Source of the DNA: a virus
Reading direction: 5' to 3' (one strand)
DNA: 64,000 nucleotides
IMG/VR virus record: IMGVR_UViG_3300033146_001994
Location: 23,548-87,547 of that record
Shown here: in pieces, positions 54,377 through 63,298 of the stretch
How positions within the stretch are numbered: position 1 is the stretch's first letter
Layout of the letters: each line of letters begins with the position of its first letter
Made by a program: the position numbers and the translations under genes
Notes under the pieces: model-generated
The model's database searches: none
What the model was told of the DNA's origin: nothing
What the model saw: the letters and a program-made list of their open reading frames with translations, nothing else

Positions 54377-56512
54377 ATGAAAAAAATTTCGGAATTAATG
54401 CAGAAACAGTTTGACAAGATGTGCCAAACAGGTAAACTTTTTAGGTCAAATTTAACAGGAAAAGAAATATGGAAGCTCTATTTAGAAAACTTTAAAGAGC
54501 ACGACAATCCTATATTTAGAGATCCTGAAAGCTCTATGTATAATTGTAACACTTGTAATAATTTTATCAGAAGATATGGTAATATAGTATCTATAAACAA
54601 AAAGTTAAAGTTAGAAACTATTTTTGATATTGCTATAGACAAAGAAAATGAGTATTATTCTAGTTTTAAAATAATACGTTCAAGACTGAAAGTTAGTAAA
54701 ATAGAAAATATCTTTATTGAATCTTTTAAAGCACTACAAGAATTACCATATGAATCTTGCAAAAAATCACAAGAATCATTCAAACTTGGTATTACAGTCA
54801 ATCATAAAACCTATACTCAAGAAGAAGTTGATAAATTTGGTAAGGTTACATTGGGAAAAGTCTATACATTTAATCATTTTAATTTACAACTTCCTAGTAA
54901 GTTTGTAGATACATCAAATAAAAGTGTAGATACAATAATGGCTGATTTTAAATCTGCATATGATGTATTTAAAAGAGGTATGAAAGAGTTACCTCTAAGC
55001 ACATTACTTGTTGTAAAAGATTTGATTTTACAAGGCTCTTTACTGAATGGTAATGCGTATTTAGACAAGCTAAATACTTTTATAGAGCTTAAAGAACATT
55101 ATAATAAGATAACAACAGAAGAAGCACAAGATGTTTGGTGTTGGGATAAGTCTTATAACTTTAAGCAGGCTAAGTTTAAAAATGAATTAATAGGTGTACT
55201 ATGTACAGAATTGGCTGAGGGCAAAGAACTAAATAAAGTCTGTAAAGATTGGAATATAAGAATTGACCCTGTCAATTACATGAAAGCAACTTCGCCAATC
55301 ACAAAAACTCAAAAAGAAGATGCTCAAAAGTTTGTTGAAGAAAATGGTTATATTGATTCTTTTGATAGAAGATTTGCTAATATTGAAGATGTAAAAGTTG
55401 AAGAAATTAAGCATATTAATATCGAAAAGTCTAGTTTAGGGAATGTTTCAATATTTGATAATGTAAAAGTTACTCCATCTACAAGGCATAAGAAGTCTAA
55501 GTTTGATAATATAGAAGAAGTAACTATTGATAAATTTATGGCTGATATTTTGCCTACATGTTCATCTGTTGAATTATTGTTATTAAATAGATTTGAAAAT
55601 AACTTAGTATCTTTAACTACTTCAAACAAGTTACGTTCTAAACCAATGTTCAAATGGGATAATAATTTTTCATGGACTTATAATGGCAATTTAACAGGTA
55701 AATCTGAAATAAAAGAAGCTGTGAAAACACATAAAGGAAAGGTAGATGGTGTATTAAGATTTAGTATTATGTGGAGTGAAGATTCAAATGACAATTCAGA
55801 TTTAGATGCACGTTGTAATATCAATAACCGTAGAATCTATTATTTACATAAGATTGATAGTATTTCACAAGGGCAATTAGATGTAGATATTACAGAACCT
55901 GATACATATAAATATAAAAATTTACCTGTCATTGAAAATATAACATTTCCATCAATTGAAAAGTTAAACAACAGTATTTGTAAATTCAGAGTACATCAGT
56001 TTAGCAAAAAAGGTAAAGGTAACTTTAGAGCGGAAATAGCGTTTAATAATGAGATTTTTCAATATGAATATAAAAATGATTTTTCTAATCACACCTTTAT
56101 AGATGTAGCAGAAGTTAAAATTAAAAACAGTAAATTTTCAATTAAACATATTTTGCCTGAAATATCTTTGTCAAAATCTTTGTGGGGTTTAGATACTAAC
56201 ACATTTCATAAAGTAAATCTTATGTGTCTATCTCCAAATTATTGGGGAAAGAATGCAGTAGGACATAAACACTATTTTTTCATGCTTAACAGATGTAAAT
56301 CTCCTGATAATACAAGAAGCTTTCATAATGAAAACTTAAATTCAGAATTAACAAAACATAGAAAAGTCTTAGATGTTTTAGGAGAAACTACTAAATTAAA
56401 GCCATCTGCAGAAAATTACTTAGCAGGAGTAGGATTTAATTCTACTGTTAAAGATGAAATTGTCTTGCGCTTAAAAGGCAATTTTAATAGAATAATAAAA
56501 GTTAAACTTTAA
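54377..56512 (+). CDS. Conserved large-phage hypothetical protein (711 aa)
   Basis: N-terminal YNCNTCNNFI; C-terminal LRFSIMW..DLDA..GQLDVD..ENI (YfaP/DUF2135-like) motif. Confidence 0.6.
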   Translation: MKKISELMQKQFDKMCQTGKLFRSNLTGKEIWKLYLENFKEHDNPIFRDPESSMYNCNTCNNFIRRYGNIVSINKKLKLETIFDIAIDKENEYYSSFKIIRSRLKVSKIENIFIESFKALQELPYESCKKSQESFKLGITVNHKTYTQEEVDKFGKVTLGKVYTFNHFNLQLPSKFVDTSNKSVDTIMADFKSAYDVFKRGMKELPLSTLLVVKDLILQGSLLNGNAYLDKLNTFIELKEHYNKITTEEAQDVWCWDKSYNFKQAKFKNELIGVLCTELAEGKELNKVCKDWNIRIDPVNYMKATSPITKTQKEDAQKFVEENGYIDSFDRRFANIEDVKVEEIKHINIEKSSLGNVSIFDNVKVTPSTRHKKSKFDNIEEVTIDKFMADILPTCSSVELLLLNRFENNLVSLTTSNKLRSKPMFKWDNNFSWTYNGNLTGKSEIKEAVKTHKGKVDGVLRFSIMWSEDSNDNSDLDARCNINNRRIYYLHKIDSISQGQLDVDITEPDTYKYKNLPVIENITFPSIEKLNNSICKFRVHQFSKKGKGNFRAEIAFNNEIFQYEYKNDFSNHTFIDVAEVKIKNSKFSIKHILPEISLSKSLWGLDTNTFHKVNLMCLSPNYWGKNAVGHKHYFFMLNRCKSPDNTRSFHNENLNSELTKHRKVLDVLGETTKLKPSAENYLAGVGFNSTVKDEIVLRLKGNFNRIIKVKL

Positions 56513-56524
56513 AACTTAAAAATT

Positions 56525-56893
56525 ATGTACAAAGAAGCAACTAGATTGAAATTAAGATTTACAACTGAAAGAGGAATCTTATCATTAGAGCAATTATGGG
56601 ATTTATCATTATCTACTTTAGATGATTTAGCTGTACTTTTAGAAAAGGCTTATAAAGAAAGTGGTAAAAAATCCTTTCTAGTTAAGAAGTCTAAAAAAGA
56701 TAAAGAGCTGAAACTAAAGTTCGATATAGTACTAGACATTCTTACCACTAAAGTAGAAGAATCAGAAGCAAGTAAAAACTCTTTAGAAATAAAAGAGTAT
56801 AATGAAAAGATTCTTGCTTTAATTGCAGAGAAACAAGAAGAATCCTTAAAGGATAAAAGTATTTCTGATTTAAAGGCTCTTTTAAAGAAATAA
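56525..56893 (+). CDS. Conserved phage coiled-coil protein
   Basis: KLRFTTERGILSLEQLWDL motif; adjacent to the 711-aa gene. Confidence 0.6.
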   Translation: MYKEATRLKLRFTTERGILSLEQLWDLSLSTLDDLAVLLEKAYKESGKKSFLVKKSKKDKELKLKFDIVLDILTTKVEESEASKNSLEIKEYNEKILALIAEKQEESLKDKSISDLKALLKK

Positions 56894-56922
56894 TAAAGGG
56901 CTTATAAATTGACATGTAATTT

Positions 56923-57010
56923 CAGACAGATAAATGGAAGTTGTGGCTTAGTGGTGCAAATACACTATAACCTATAGTAGCTACTTCAGGTTCAACCCCT
57001 TTCTGTCTGG
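56923..57010 (+). ncRNA. tRNA-like structured element (degenerate)
   Basis: 8-bp terminal stem CAGACAGA/TCTGTCTG closing 87 nt, with an AGG-TTCAACC-CCT T-arm-like hairpin next to the 3' stem. No clean D-arm or anticodon arm. Confidence 0.3.
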
Positions 57011-57048
57011 ACTTATGTTTAATAAAATAGTAATTTAACTTTAAAATC

Positions 57049-57396
57049 ATGAAAAAAAATAAAGCTATGGATTTAAATTGTCCTTATTGCGGTGCAGAAT
57101 TAGAAATATGTCATGATGATGATTTTGGATATGAAGTAGGTGTTGAACATGAAATGGAATGTAGTAAATGTAATAAACTATTTATATTTAAAACATCAAT
57201 TTCTTTTTATTATAAAGCTAGAAAAGCAGACTGTCTAAATGGTGCTGAGCATAATTATAAAAAAGTAGCAACATTTCCAGAGGAATTCTCTAAAATGAAA
57301 TGTGAAGTTTGTGGTGCTGAAAGAGAATTTACTGATGAAGAACGTGTAAAGTTCGGTATTGGAACAAAAGAAAGTTATTTTGAAAGAATAAAATAG
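57049..57396 (+). CDS. Zinc-ribbon protein
   Basis: CPYC, CSKC and CEVC motifs. Confidence 0.65.
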   Translation: MKKNKAMDLNCPYCGAELEICHDDDFGYEVGVEHEMECSKCNKLFIFKTSISFYYKARKADCLNGAEHNYKKVATFPEEFSKMKCEVCGAEREFTDEERVKFGIGTKESYFERIK

Positions 57397-57472
57397 TATT
57401 ATTACTAATAGCTCTGATAAGATATGTTGCGACCATTGAAAACTAAATTATCAATATTGTAAAATCATAAAT

Positions 57473-57661
57473 ATGAAATACACAATAGAACAGAAAAAAC
57501 CACATAAAGACCAAATAATAGTTTTTAAAGCAAATCACGGTACATTCCCTGAGATTGGCATATGGTCTGATTTTGAAGATAACCTAAGTGAGGTTTATAT
57601 ACCTGCAAATGATGATGTGGAATTAGTTAAAAACATTGAATGGTGGATGCCAATAGAATAG
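57473..57661 (+). CDS. Cassette ORF, hypothetical (ends WWMPIE)
   Basis: 62 aa with a DUF551-like W-M-P C-terminus. Confidence 0.5.
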   Translation: MKYTIEQKKPHKDQIIVFKANHGTFPEIGIWSDFEDNLSEVYIPANDDVELVKNIEWWMPIE

Positions 57662-57785
57662 TATTATTGGTGTATGAACAATAGCCGATAAAAAACACAA
57701 CATTGCGATTACATATAAAGATTATTAACCAAATAATAGCTTAACATAAAGCACCTTAGCAGGCTATTATTTTTATTTATTGTTA
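57662..57785 (+). repeat. attC-like site (degenerate left end)
   Basis: Arms AATAGCC (57680-86) / GGCTATT (57762-68); ends in TGTTA. Confidence 0.55.
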
Positions 57786-57799
57786 GGGTGCATTATTTT

Positions 57800-57976
57800 A
57801 TGTTACAAACTTTAATTGATATATGTTTTGGAATAATAGGTATAGTAATAATAATACTATTTACAATATTATATCAAAATATTACAGGAGAAAATGCTGA
57901 ATTTGCAATGTGGATAGTTAATGTTATGATTAGCATTATTGTGGTGCTAAGACAATTTAAACGAAATGCACCCTAA
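57800..57976 (+). CDS. Cassette ORF, small two-TM protein
   Basis: Flanked by a perfect 13-bp IR GTTAGGGTGCATT (57782-94) / AATGCACCCTAAC (57965-77); the stop is the TAA of TAAC. Confidence 0.6.
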   Translation: MLQTLIDICFGIIGIVIIILFTILYQNITGENAEFAMWIVNVMISIIVVLRQFKRNAP

Positions 57977-58097
57977 CGGTGTGGATATGGGCTGATTGCC
58001 CTTGAAATTTAGTAAATAACTTAAAATTGAAATGCAGTGGAAAATAATAAAGAGAATGTAAATAAAAAGAACGGCAATTTGCCTATATTTAGTATTA
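57974..58097 (+). repeat. attC-like site, 124 bp
   Basis: TAAC..ATATGGGCTGATTGCC..loop..GGCAATTTGCCTATAT..ATTA. Confidence 0.75.
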
Positions 58098-58423
58098 GTG
58101 GCAGTTTTTTGCTACGAATAGCACTAAGCCCATTTTTATTTCTATGGGGAGTTTTTATGTTAATGGTGGGAACATTATTTCCACTACCTTTATTGGTTAT
58201 ATTTAGCACGATGGGGCTTATAGTAACACCATTTGTTTGGTTATTGCGAAAAAGTGGTACAGACATAAAATACCCTGAACCATTTATGGCAAAAGGAGAA
58301 GATTATGGAAATGAAAAAAACATAATGCGTGACCATTTATTTGGAGCAACTATATATGTATGGGGGGCATTTGCAGTAGCATACTACTATGTAAAAACAG
58401 GTGAAGTATTTACTGTAGGTTAA
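58037..58423 (+). CDS. Cassette ORF, membrane protein; frame begins inside the attC-like site
   Basis: Hydrophobic segments; cassette IR ATTAGTGGCAGTTT (58094-107) / AAATTGCTATTAAT (58422-35). Confidence 0.6.
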   Translation: MENNKENVNKKNGNLPIFSISGSFLLRIALSPFLFLWGVFMLMVGTLFPLPLLVIFSTMGLIVTPFVWLLRKSGTDIKYPEPFMAKGEDYGNEKNIMRDHLFGATIYVWGAFAVAYYYVKTGEVFTVG

Positions 58424-58495
58424 ATTGCTATTAATGGCTCTGTTATACATTATTGTAACAAATCACTATAATATTTAATAAAAAAACAGAATAAA

Positions 58496-58687
58496 ATGGT
58501 AGGAAAATATGTAATCATAGACTTAAGAAGCATAGACCATGTGAAAGACCAAATGGTCTATATGACAGACCAAAACGGCAAAATTATCCTCTGTAACACT
58601 GAGATAGATGCCGCCATAACTTGCGAAATGCTTGGATTTAAAAATGTTTGGATTTGCAAATTGATTTTTAATTATGTAAATATTTGA
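58496..58687 (+). CDS. Hypothetical protein
   Basis: 63-aa ORF after a half site at 58432. Confidence 0.5.
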   Translation: MVGKYVIIDLRSIDHVKDQMVYMTDQNGKIILCNTEIDAAITCEMLGFKNVWICKLIFNYVNI

Positions 58688-58730
58688 TAAGATGAAAAAA
58701 ATATAATTAATTATAATATAGGAGGATTTT

Positions 58731-58994
58731 ATGAATAAAAAAGATACTAAAAGACTTGAAAACATAAAGAAAAGATTAGGTGTAACAACAAAAGCAGAAA
58801 ATGTAGTAGTGGAGCATTTATTCAAACGTGACTTAAATAGAAGTATATTACTTGAGAGTTATGGTGATATTAAAGAAAAAGACGGGTGGATTCAAATAAA
58901 TGCAATAACAAATAAACATTCCTATTTATTTAGTATATCAGTAAGTGAACTAGAAAAGGGAGACGAAAGAGAGTTATGGCACAAAATTGATTAA
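58731..58994 (+). CDS. Hypothetical protein
   Basis: 87-aa ORF with AGGAGG upstream. Confidence 0.55.
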   Translation: MNKKDTKRLENIKKRLGVTTKAENVVVEHLFKRDLNRSILLESYGDIKEKDGWIQINAITNKHSYLFSISVSELEKGDERELWHKID

Positions 58995-59102
58995 TTGATA
59001 TAATGGAATACAGCTATATGTAAGGTTTTGATAAAAAGTCGTTTTAATGTTTTTTATTTATTATTAGCGTTTTGTTTTATTAATAACTTAAAATTGAAAT
59101 CA

Positions 59103-59291
59103 ATGAAAGAAATACTAAATACTAATCAAATATTAAAAGCAACAATTTGGTTAAAAGAACATAGAAAACACGTTTATGATATGGTGTGTAATTCAAAAAA
59201 TGAATATCCACCAACAGATAACAAAGATAAGAATAATCCTAATTTATGGAAACCTGAACATTGGAAATGGTTTTTGCATAATGCAGGGTAA
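59103..59291 (+). CDS. Cassette ORF, hypothetical
   Basis: MKEILNTNQ...; the stop is the TAA of TAAC at 59289. Confidence 0.55.
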   Translation: MKEILNTNQILKATIWLKEHRKHVYDMVCNSKNEYPPTDNKDKNNPNLWKPEHWKWFLHNAG

Positions 59292-59403
59292 CGGTTTGTA
59301 TATAAAACGGTGCAAAACGAAATGTAATAGAAAACAGAGAATTAAATAATTAAATATAAACTAAATAAAAGACCACAACAGCATTGTTTTATATACTTTG
59401 TTA
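59289..59403 (+). repeat. attC-like site, 115 bp
   Basis: TAACggttt GTATATAAAACGGTGC..GCATTGTTTTATATAC ttt GTTA. Confidence 0.8.
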
Positions 59404-59418
59404 CGTGGCGTTAAGAAA

Positions 59419-59733
59419 ATGGGCGATTATATTGATAATGTTGTTATTAGGCTAAAAAGAAAATATAGCAAGGACGAACTTGTGCAAAGTATGCTTAAGG
59501 AGCAAAGCCAACTTGAATTAGAAAATGGTATACTTAAAAGTGAAAAAGATGAATTGGAATATGAACTAAACCAAATAAAAAAAATGGATAGCAAAACCAA
59601 ACGAGATTTTCACCAAACTTTATATGTTAAAAACACTAAGAAAGAATTAAAAGCTTTGCGCGAATTATGCAAGAAACTTAAAAAAGAAAACCAAGAACTT
59701 TGGGGTAAGTTGGCAAAAGCTAATGCCACATAA
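59419..59733 (+). CDS. Cassette ORF, coiled-coil protein
   Basis: IR GTTACGTGGCGTTA (59400-13) / TAATGCCACATAAT (59721-34). Confidence 0.6.
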   Translation: MGDYIDNVVIRLKRKYSKDELVQSMLKEQSQLELENGILKSEKDELEYELNQIKKMDSKTKRDFHQTLYVKNTKKELKALRELCKKLKKENQELWGKLAKANAT

Positions 59734-59856
59734 TAGATGGTAATACGGTGTTGGTGCGAAAATGAAAGCGCTTACTTAAATTAACCACAAAATTAAGAAT
59801 GAAATATGGAAATTAAATATTAACCACATACTCGCACTACATTATATTTTATGTTG
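59731..59856 (+). repeat. attC-like site, 126 bp
   Basis: TAAT..AATACGGTGTTGGTGCGA..TCGCACTACATTATATT..GTTG. Confidence 0.75.
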
Positions 59857-59882
59857 TGGTGCGTTTATTTAAAATTATAGCA

Positions 59883-60059
59883 ATGCCAAAAGGAAAACCG
59901 AAAAGTAAATTTGTATTTGATATAGACCCAAAAACAGGGAAAGAAAAGGGTTGTGAATACGAAAATGGAACTTGGTGTGATTTACCTAAATATAAAAGAT
60001 GTGAACATTGTATTAGGCTAAACGACGGAAGTAAGGCTTGTTATGTTACTTCTCTTTAA
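59883..60059 (+). CDS. Cassette ORF, small Cys-rich protein
   Basis: IR GTTGTGGTGCGTT (59853-65) / AATGCACCACAAC (60058-70). Confidence 0.6.
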   Translation: MPKGKPKSKFVFDIDPKTGKEKGCEYENGTWCDLPKYKRCEHCIRLNDGSKACYVTSL

Positions 60060-60066
60060 TGCACCA

Positions 60067-60192
60067 CAACGGTGTGAATATGGCAAGTAGCCAACAATAG
60101 AATGAGAATTTTTAAAATAAATATAATGTTTAACCTTTCGCAAATAGCTCCAAAAAGACCACATAGCAGGCTATTTGCTATATTTTATGTTA
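60067..60192 (+). repeat. attC-like site, 126 bp
   Basis: CAACggtgtg AATATGGCAAGTAGCC..GGCTATTTGCTATATT ttat GTTA. Confidence 0.8.
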
Positions 60193-60207
60193 TGTGGCGT
60201 TGAAATT

Positions 60208-60471
60208 ATGAAAATAACTAAAATTTATTACAATTTTGTGCAAGTTCAATTTGAAGATGGGGCAGGAGAAGATTACATGATAGCGGAAGTAGGAAAACCA
60301 TTTTTATCTTATAATGGTGGTGATGAATATCAAGACAAAAAAATTATCAATATCACAGAACACAGACCCGCGGGTGAAGGCGATAAATGGTTTTACGATA
60401 TTGAATTAGAAGATGACAAAATTGTTAGAGTGTTTAATATTAATTCAGTATTTTATTCAAATGCCACATAA
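60208..60471 (+). CDS. Cassette ORF, hypothetical (HRPAGEGDKWFYDI)
   Basis: IR GTTATGTGGCGTT (60189-201) / AATGCCACATAAC (60460-72); stop lies in TAAC. Confidence 0.65.
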   Translation: MKITKIYYNFVQVQFEDGAGEDYMIAEVGKPFLSYNGGDEYQDKKIINITEHRPAGEGDKWFYDIELEDDKIVRVFNINSVFYSNAT

Positions 60472-60592
60472 CAGTTCTGATAAGATACGTTGCAAATACA
60501 AAGAATTGATTTATAAATTTAATAAGATTTAAATATGAAATACTTACGTAACAAATTAGCACAATTTAAGCAATGGATTTCATCTATTGTTA
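60469..60592 (+). repeat. attC-like site, 124 bp
   Basis: TAACagttctg ATAAGATACGTTGC..GCAATGGATTTCAT ctatt GTTA; left part nearly identical to 57406-57430. Confidence 0.7.
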
Positions 60593-60876
60593 AGTTTCGT
60601 TTTTGTAAAATTACAAGTGAAACTCAAAAATCAAAAAGAATTAAATCATTATTTGAAACTTATTTCGATGGATGTTACGGAGTGGATGCACAAGAAACCG
60701 TATCAAATACTTATGCAATGGGAATATGTAAGTTAGAATATAGTGATAGTACAAATATACTTACTGTGCATCTACGTAGACCCGGATTATTAATTGGAAA
60801 ACAAGGCAGAATTATTGAAGAAGTTGAGAAATATTTAAAATGTAAAATCAAAATAATTGAGATAACACATTTTTAA
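60535..60876 (+). CDS. Cassette ORF with KH-like (ribosomal S3-type) domain
   Basis: LTVHLRRPGLLIGKQGRIIEEVEKYL; IR GTTAAGTTTCGTTT (60589-602) / AAATGAAACTTAAC (60875-88). Confidence 0.65.
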   Translation: MKYLRNKLAQFKQWISSIVKFRFCKITSETQKSKRIKSLFETYFDGCYGVDAQETVSNTYAMGICKLEYSDSTNILTVHLRRPGLLIGKQGRIIEEVEKYLKCKIKIIEITHF

Positions 60877-60884
60877 ATGAAACT

Positions 60885-61008
60885 TAACGGTGTAGCGTAT
60901 GAAATGTAGGCGATTAAAACAACTACTTTTCATATTTGCACCAAACTAAATTAAAAGATGAAACGATTATTAACCGACATACACGCCTATATTTTATACG
61001 CATTGTTA
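60885..61008 (+). repeat. attC-like site, 124 bp
   Basis: TAACggtgta GCGTATGAAATGTAGGCG..CGCCTATATTTTATACGC att GTTA. Confidence 0.85.
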
Positions 61009-61030
61009 GGCGTATGTGCTTTAAATTAAA

Positions 61031-61306
61031 ATGATTATGAATAAGTCAATAGAAATAAAACATTTCAATTTAATAGATTACAATATTCTTTTAAAAGTTG
61101 TCACTGAATATGTAAAGCAATATCAAATAAGTAGAAATAAATTTGAATATGAAAAACATATATTTGACTTAACAGATACCGTATATGGTTTGAAATGTCA
61201 TAAAAATCCTGTTAAGATTTCAATAGATAATCATTGGAAATCGTTTTGGGTTAAAGTAAGAGAAACAAAAACTAAATATAAATTTGATATATGGTATGCT
61301 TCTTAG
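61031..61306 (+). CDS. Cassette ORF, hypothetical
   Basis: IR GTTAGGCGTATGTGCT (61005-20) / AGCATTACGACTAAT (61305-19). Confidence 0.6.
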   Translation: MIMNKSIEIKHFNLIDYNILLKVVTEYVKQYQISRNKFEYEKHIFDLTDTVYGLKCHKNPVKISIDNHWKSFWVKVRETKTKYKFDIWYAS

Positions 61307-61315
61307 CATTACGAC

Positions 61316-61372
61316 TAATGGTTAGTATAAGATGCAACGCAGTGACCGTAGGGTGCATTTTATACATTGTTA
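61316..61372 (+). repeat. attC-like site, short class, 57 bp
   Basis: TAATggtta GTATAAGATGCA-acgcagtgaccgtaggg-TGCATTTTATAC att GTTA. Confidence 0.8.
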
Positions 61373-61418
61373 GCCTTAGTATGGCTTAATTTAGTAATAA
61401 CTTAAATAAATAGAAATA

Positions 61419-61778
61419 ATGAATAGAGAAATAAAATTTAGAGCATGGGATAAGCAAAATAACGCATTTGCTGAATTATATACAAATGTAGATTGTATGA
61501 ATAATTTAGATAATGATAATGTTGCAATTATGCAGTATTCTGGTTTAAAAGACAAAAATAATAAGGAAATATTTGAAGGTGATATTATTAAAATCCCTGA
61601 TGATTATGATACTTACGGAATATTTGCAGGGGAAATATACGAAATATATTTTGCTTATGGTGGATTTAGATTAAAACCTAAAAACTCAAAAAGGCGTGGG
61701 AATTGGCTTGAAGATGAAAAAGAATTAGAAGTGATAGGTAATATTTATGAAAATAAAGACTTATTACCTACTTCTTAA
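61419..61778 (+). CDS. YopX family protein (cassette)
   Basis: MNREIKFRAWDK..MQYSGLKDKNNKEIFEGDII..EVIGNIYEN; IR GTTAGCCTTAGTAT (61369-82) / ATATTAAGGCTAAC (61778-91). Confidence 0.85.
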   Translation: MNREIKFRAWDKQNNAFAELYTNVDCMNNLDNDNVAIMQYSGLKDKNNKEIFEGDIIKIPDDYDTYGIFAGEIYEIYFAYGGFRLKPKNSKRRGNWLEDEKELEVIGNIYENKDLLPTS

Positions 61779-61787
61779 TATTAAGGC

Positions 61788-62071
61788 TAACGGATTATGG
61801 CTATGTATAGTGCCGGCAAATTGCACGGAACTTTAAATTATTAACTTAAATTAGTGAGCGATGAAAATAATTATAAAACCTGTAAATGATATAGAAAAAA
61901 AAGATTTCCCAAAAAGTGTTGTTTCAATGCAATTAGGAATATCTCTTTTTATATTAGAACAATCTGATATTGAAGAAGTAATTAAGAAATTAAGCAAATA
62001 TAGTGAACGACAAAAAAACACTGACCATTTAGAAAACACCGAACAAAAGGCATTACATATAGATGATATTA
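61788..62071 (+). repeat. attC-like site with enlarged coding loop, 284 bp
   Basis: TAAC..CTATGTATAGTGCC..~230 nt..GGCATTACATATAG..ATTA. Confidence 0.6.
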
Positions 62072-62274
62072 TGTTGTGTCTTGAATTAAGATTAAATATA
62101 GATACATGGGGGAGTTATAAAAAAGGCGATATAGAAGTATTTTACATAAGAATTTGCGATGAACAAAACGGCTTAGTTAGATATCCAATAGATAAAAGAT
62201 GGGATATTATTAGTTGTAGTTTAGTGAATGCCCCTAACAGTTCTAATGAGAATAGTAACCGAAATATAATATGA
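61861..62274 (+). CDS. Hypothetical protein, apparent loop-cassette fusion
   Basis: The first ~69 codons lie within the attC-like site (..EQKALHIDDIMLC..), the rest in the next cassette. Confidence 0.55.
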   Translation: MKIIIKPVNDIEKKDFPKSVVSMQLGISLFILEQSDIEEVIKKLSKYSERQKNTDHLENTEQKALHIDDIMLCLELRLNIDTWGSYKKGDIEVFYIRICDEQNGLVRYPIDKRWDIISCSLVNAPNSSNENSNRNII

Positions 62275-62372
62275 TGGTTTACTGAATATAAAATAAAATA
62301 AATATTGTAAAATAGTATATGATATAAAAATAATGTATATATTTACAGTAAATAATATATAAAAAGTACACC

Positions 62373-62996
62373 ATGAAAACAAATCAAATAATGGTTAGAG
62401 AAGAAAAGCAATTTCTACAACGGACAAAAGATGGTTATTTTAGTGCTACCACACTTTTGAACTATTGGAATACAAATAACCCAAAAAAAAGAAAAGAAAT
62501 GGGTATTTACAAAAGAAATAAAAGTACAAAGGAATTTATTAAACATTTGCAAAAAGAGAATATTGAAAACCCTTACATTTCATCAAATAAGGGAACTTGG
62601 CTTCATCCAAAATTATTTATCGATTTTGCAATGTGGGTTTCTGTTGAGTTTAAAAGTAAGGTTATTGATTATGTCTTGGATGGACTTATATTTAATCGGA
62701 ATGAAGCAGGAGATTATTATAAAGAAATGTGTGCGACTATTATGGATACTCATATTGAATTTTTCGGAACAAAACCAAATCCGAAAATATACAGTGAAGA
62801 AGCTAATAGAATTACAAAAATATTAAAATTACATAAAAAGGATAGAAACCTAATGACCGAAAATGAATTGAATACCATAACTGTATTGCAAAAAACAAAC
62901 GTTTTACTATTGCGAAAAAAGGTAGGGAAAGATGCAAGAATAAAGCAATTAATGCTTCAAGCAGAAATATTAAATATTGACGACCATTCTTTGTAG
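62373..62996 (+). CDS. KilA-N domain DNA-binding protein
   Basis: QRTKDGYFSATTLL..GTWLHPKLFIDFAMWVSVEFKSKV. Confidence 0.85.
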   Translation: MKTNQIMVREEKQFLQRTKDGYFSATTLLNYWNTNNPKKRKEMGIYKRNKSTKEFIKHLQKENIENPYISSNKGTWLHPKLFIDFAMWVSVEFKSKVIDYVLDGLIFNRNEAGDYYKEMCATIMDTHIEFFGTKPNPKIYSEEANRITKILKLHKKDRNLMTENELNTITVLQKTNVLLLRKKVGKDARIKQLMLQAEILNIDDHSL

Positions 62997-63086
62997 CCTT
63001 GAATGGAGAGCTAATAAATTACATAGAATTAAATAGATATTATTAACCACAGATTAAGCAATTAACCGCTATCATTTTTATTTATT

Positions 63087-63245
63087 GTTAAGGATTGTTT
63101 ACTTATGGAAAAAGAATAAAAAAAAGTAAAAAAAGTATTTCAACAGCACATCATTCAATATTAATTGGAGATGGATTATTTACAGATAAATCTTATCATT
63201 TATTGGTGAATAAGAATGGTGTAAAAATTGACAAAATTGCTTAAC
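63087..63245 (+). pseudogene. Decayed cassette (ORF stops after MEKE)
   Basis: Bounded by GTTAAGGATTGT and AAATTGCTTAAC; ATG 63105 is followed by an early TAA. Confidence 0.4.
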
Positions 63246-63298
63246 GTGCCGATTATATGGCACGTATGAGGAACGAATATGGGCTATATAATGTGTTG
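63242..63298 (+). repeat. attC-like site, short class, 57 bp
   Basis: TAACgtgccg ATTATATGGCACGTAT-gaggaacga-ATATGGGCTATATAAT gt GTTG. Confidence 0.8.

Noticed and set aside
62227-62244. Extra cassette end AATGCCCCTAACAGTTCT inside ORF 61861
   Set aside because: It resembles a site's left end, but no matching upstream IR or right arm was found. The IR at 62068 matches 62262-62275 better, so it is left unassigned.
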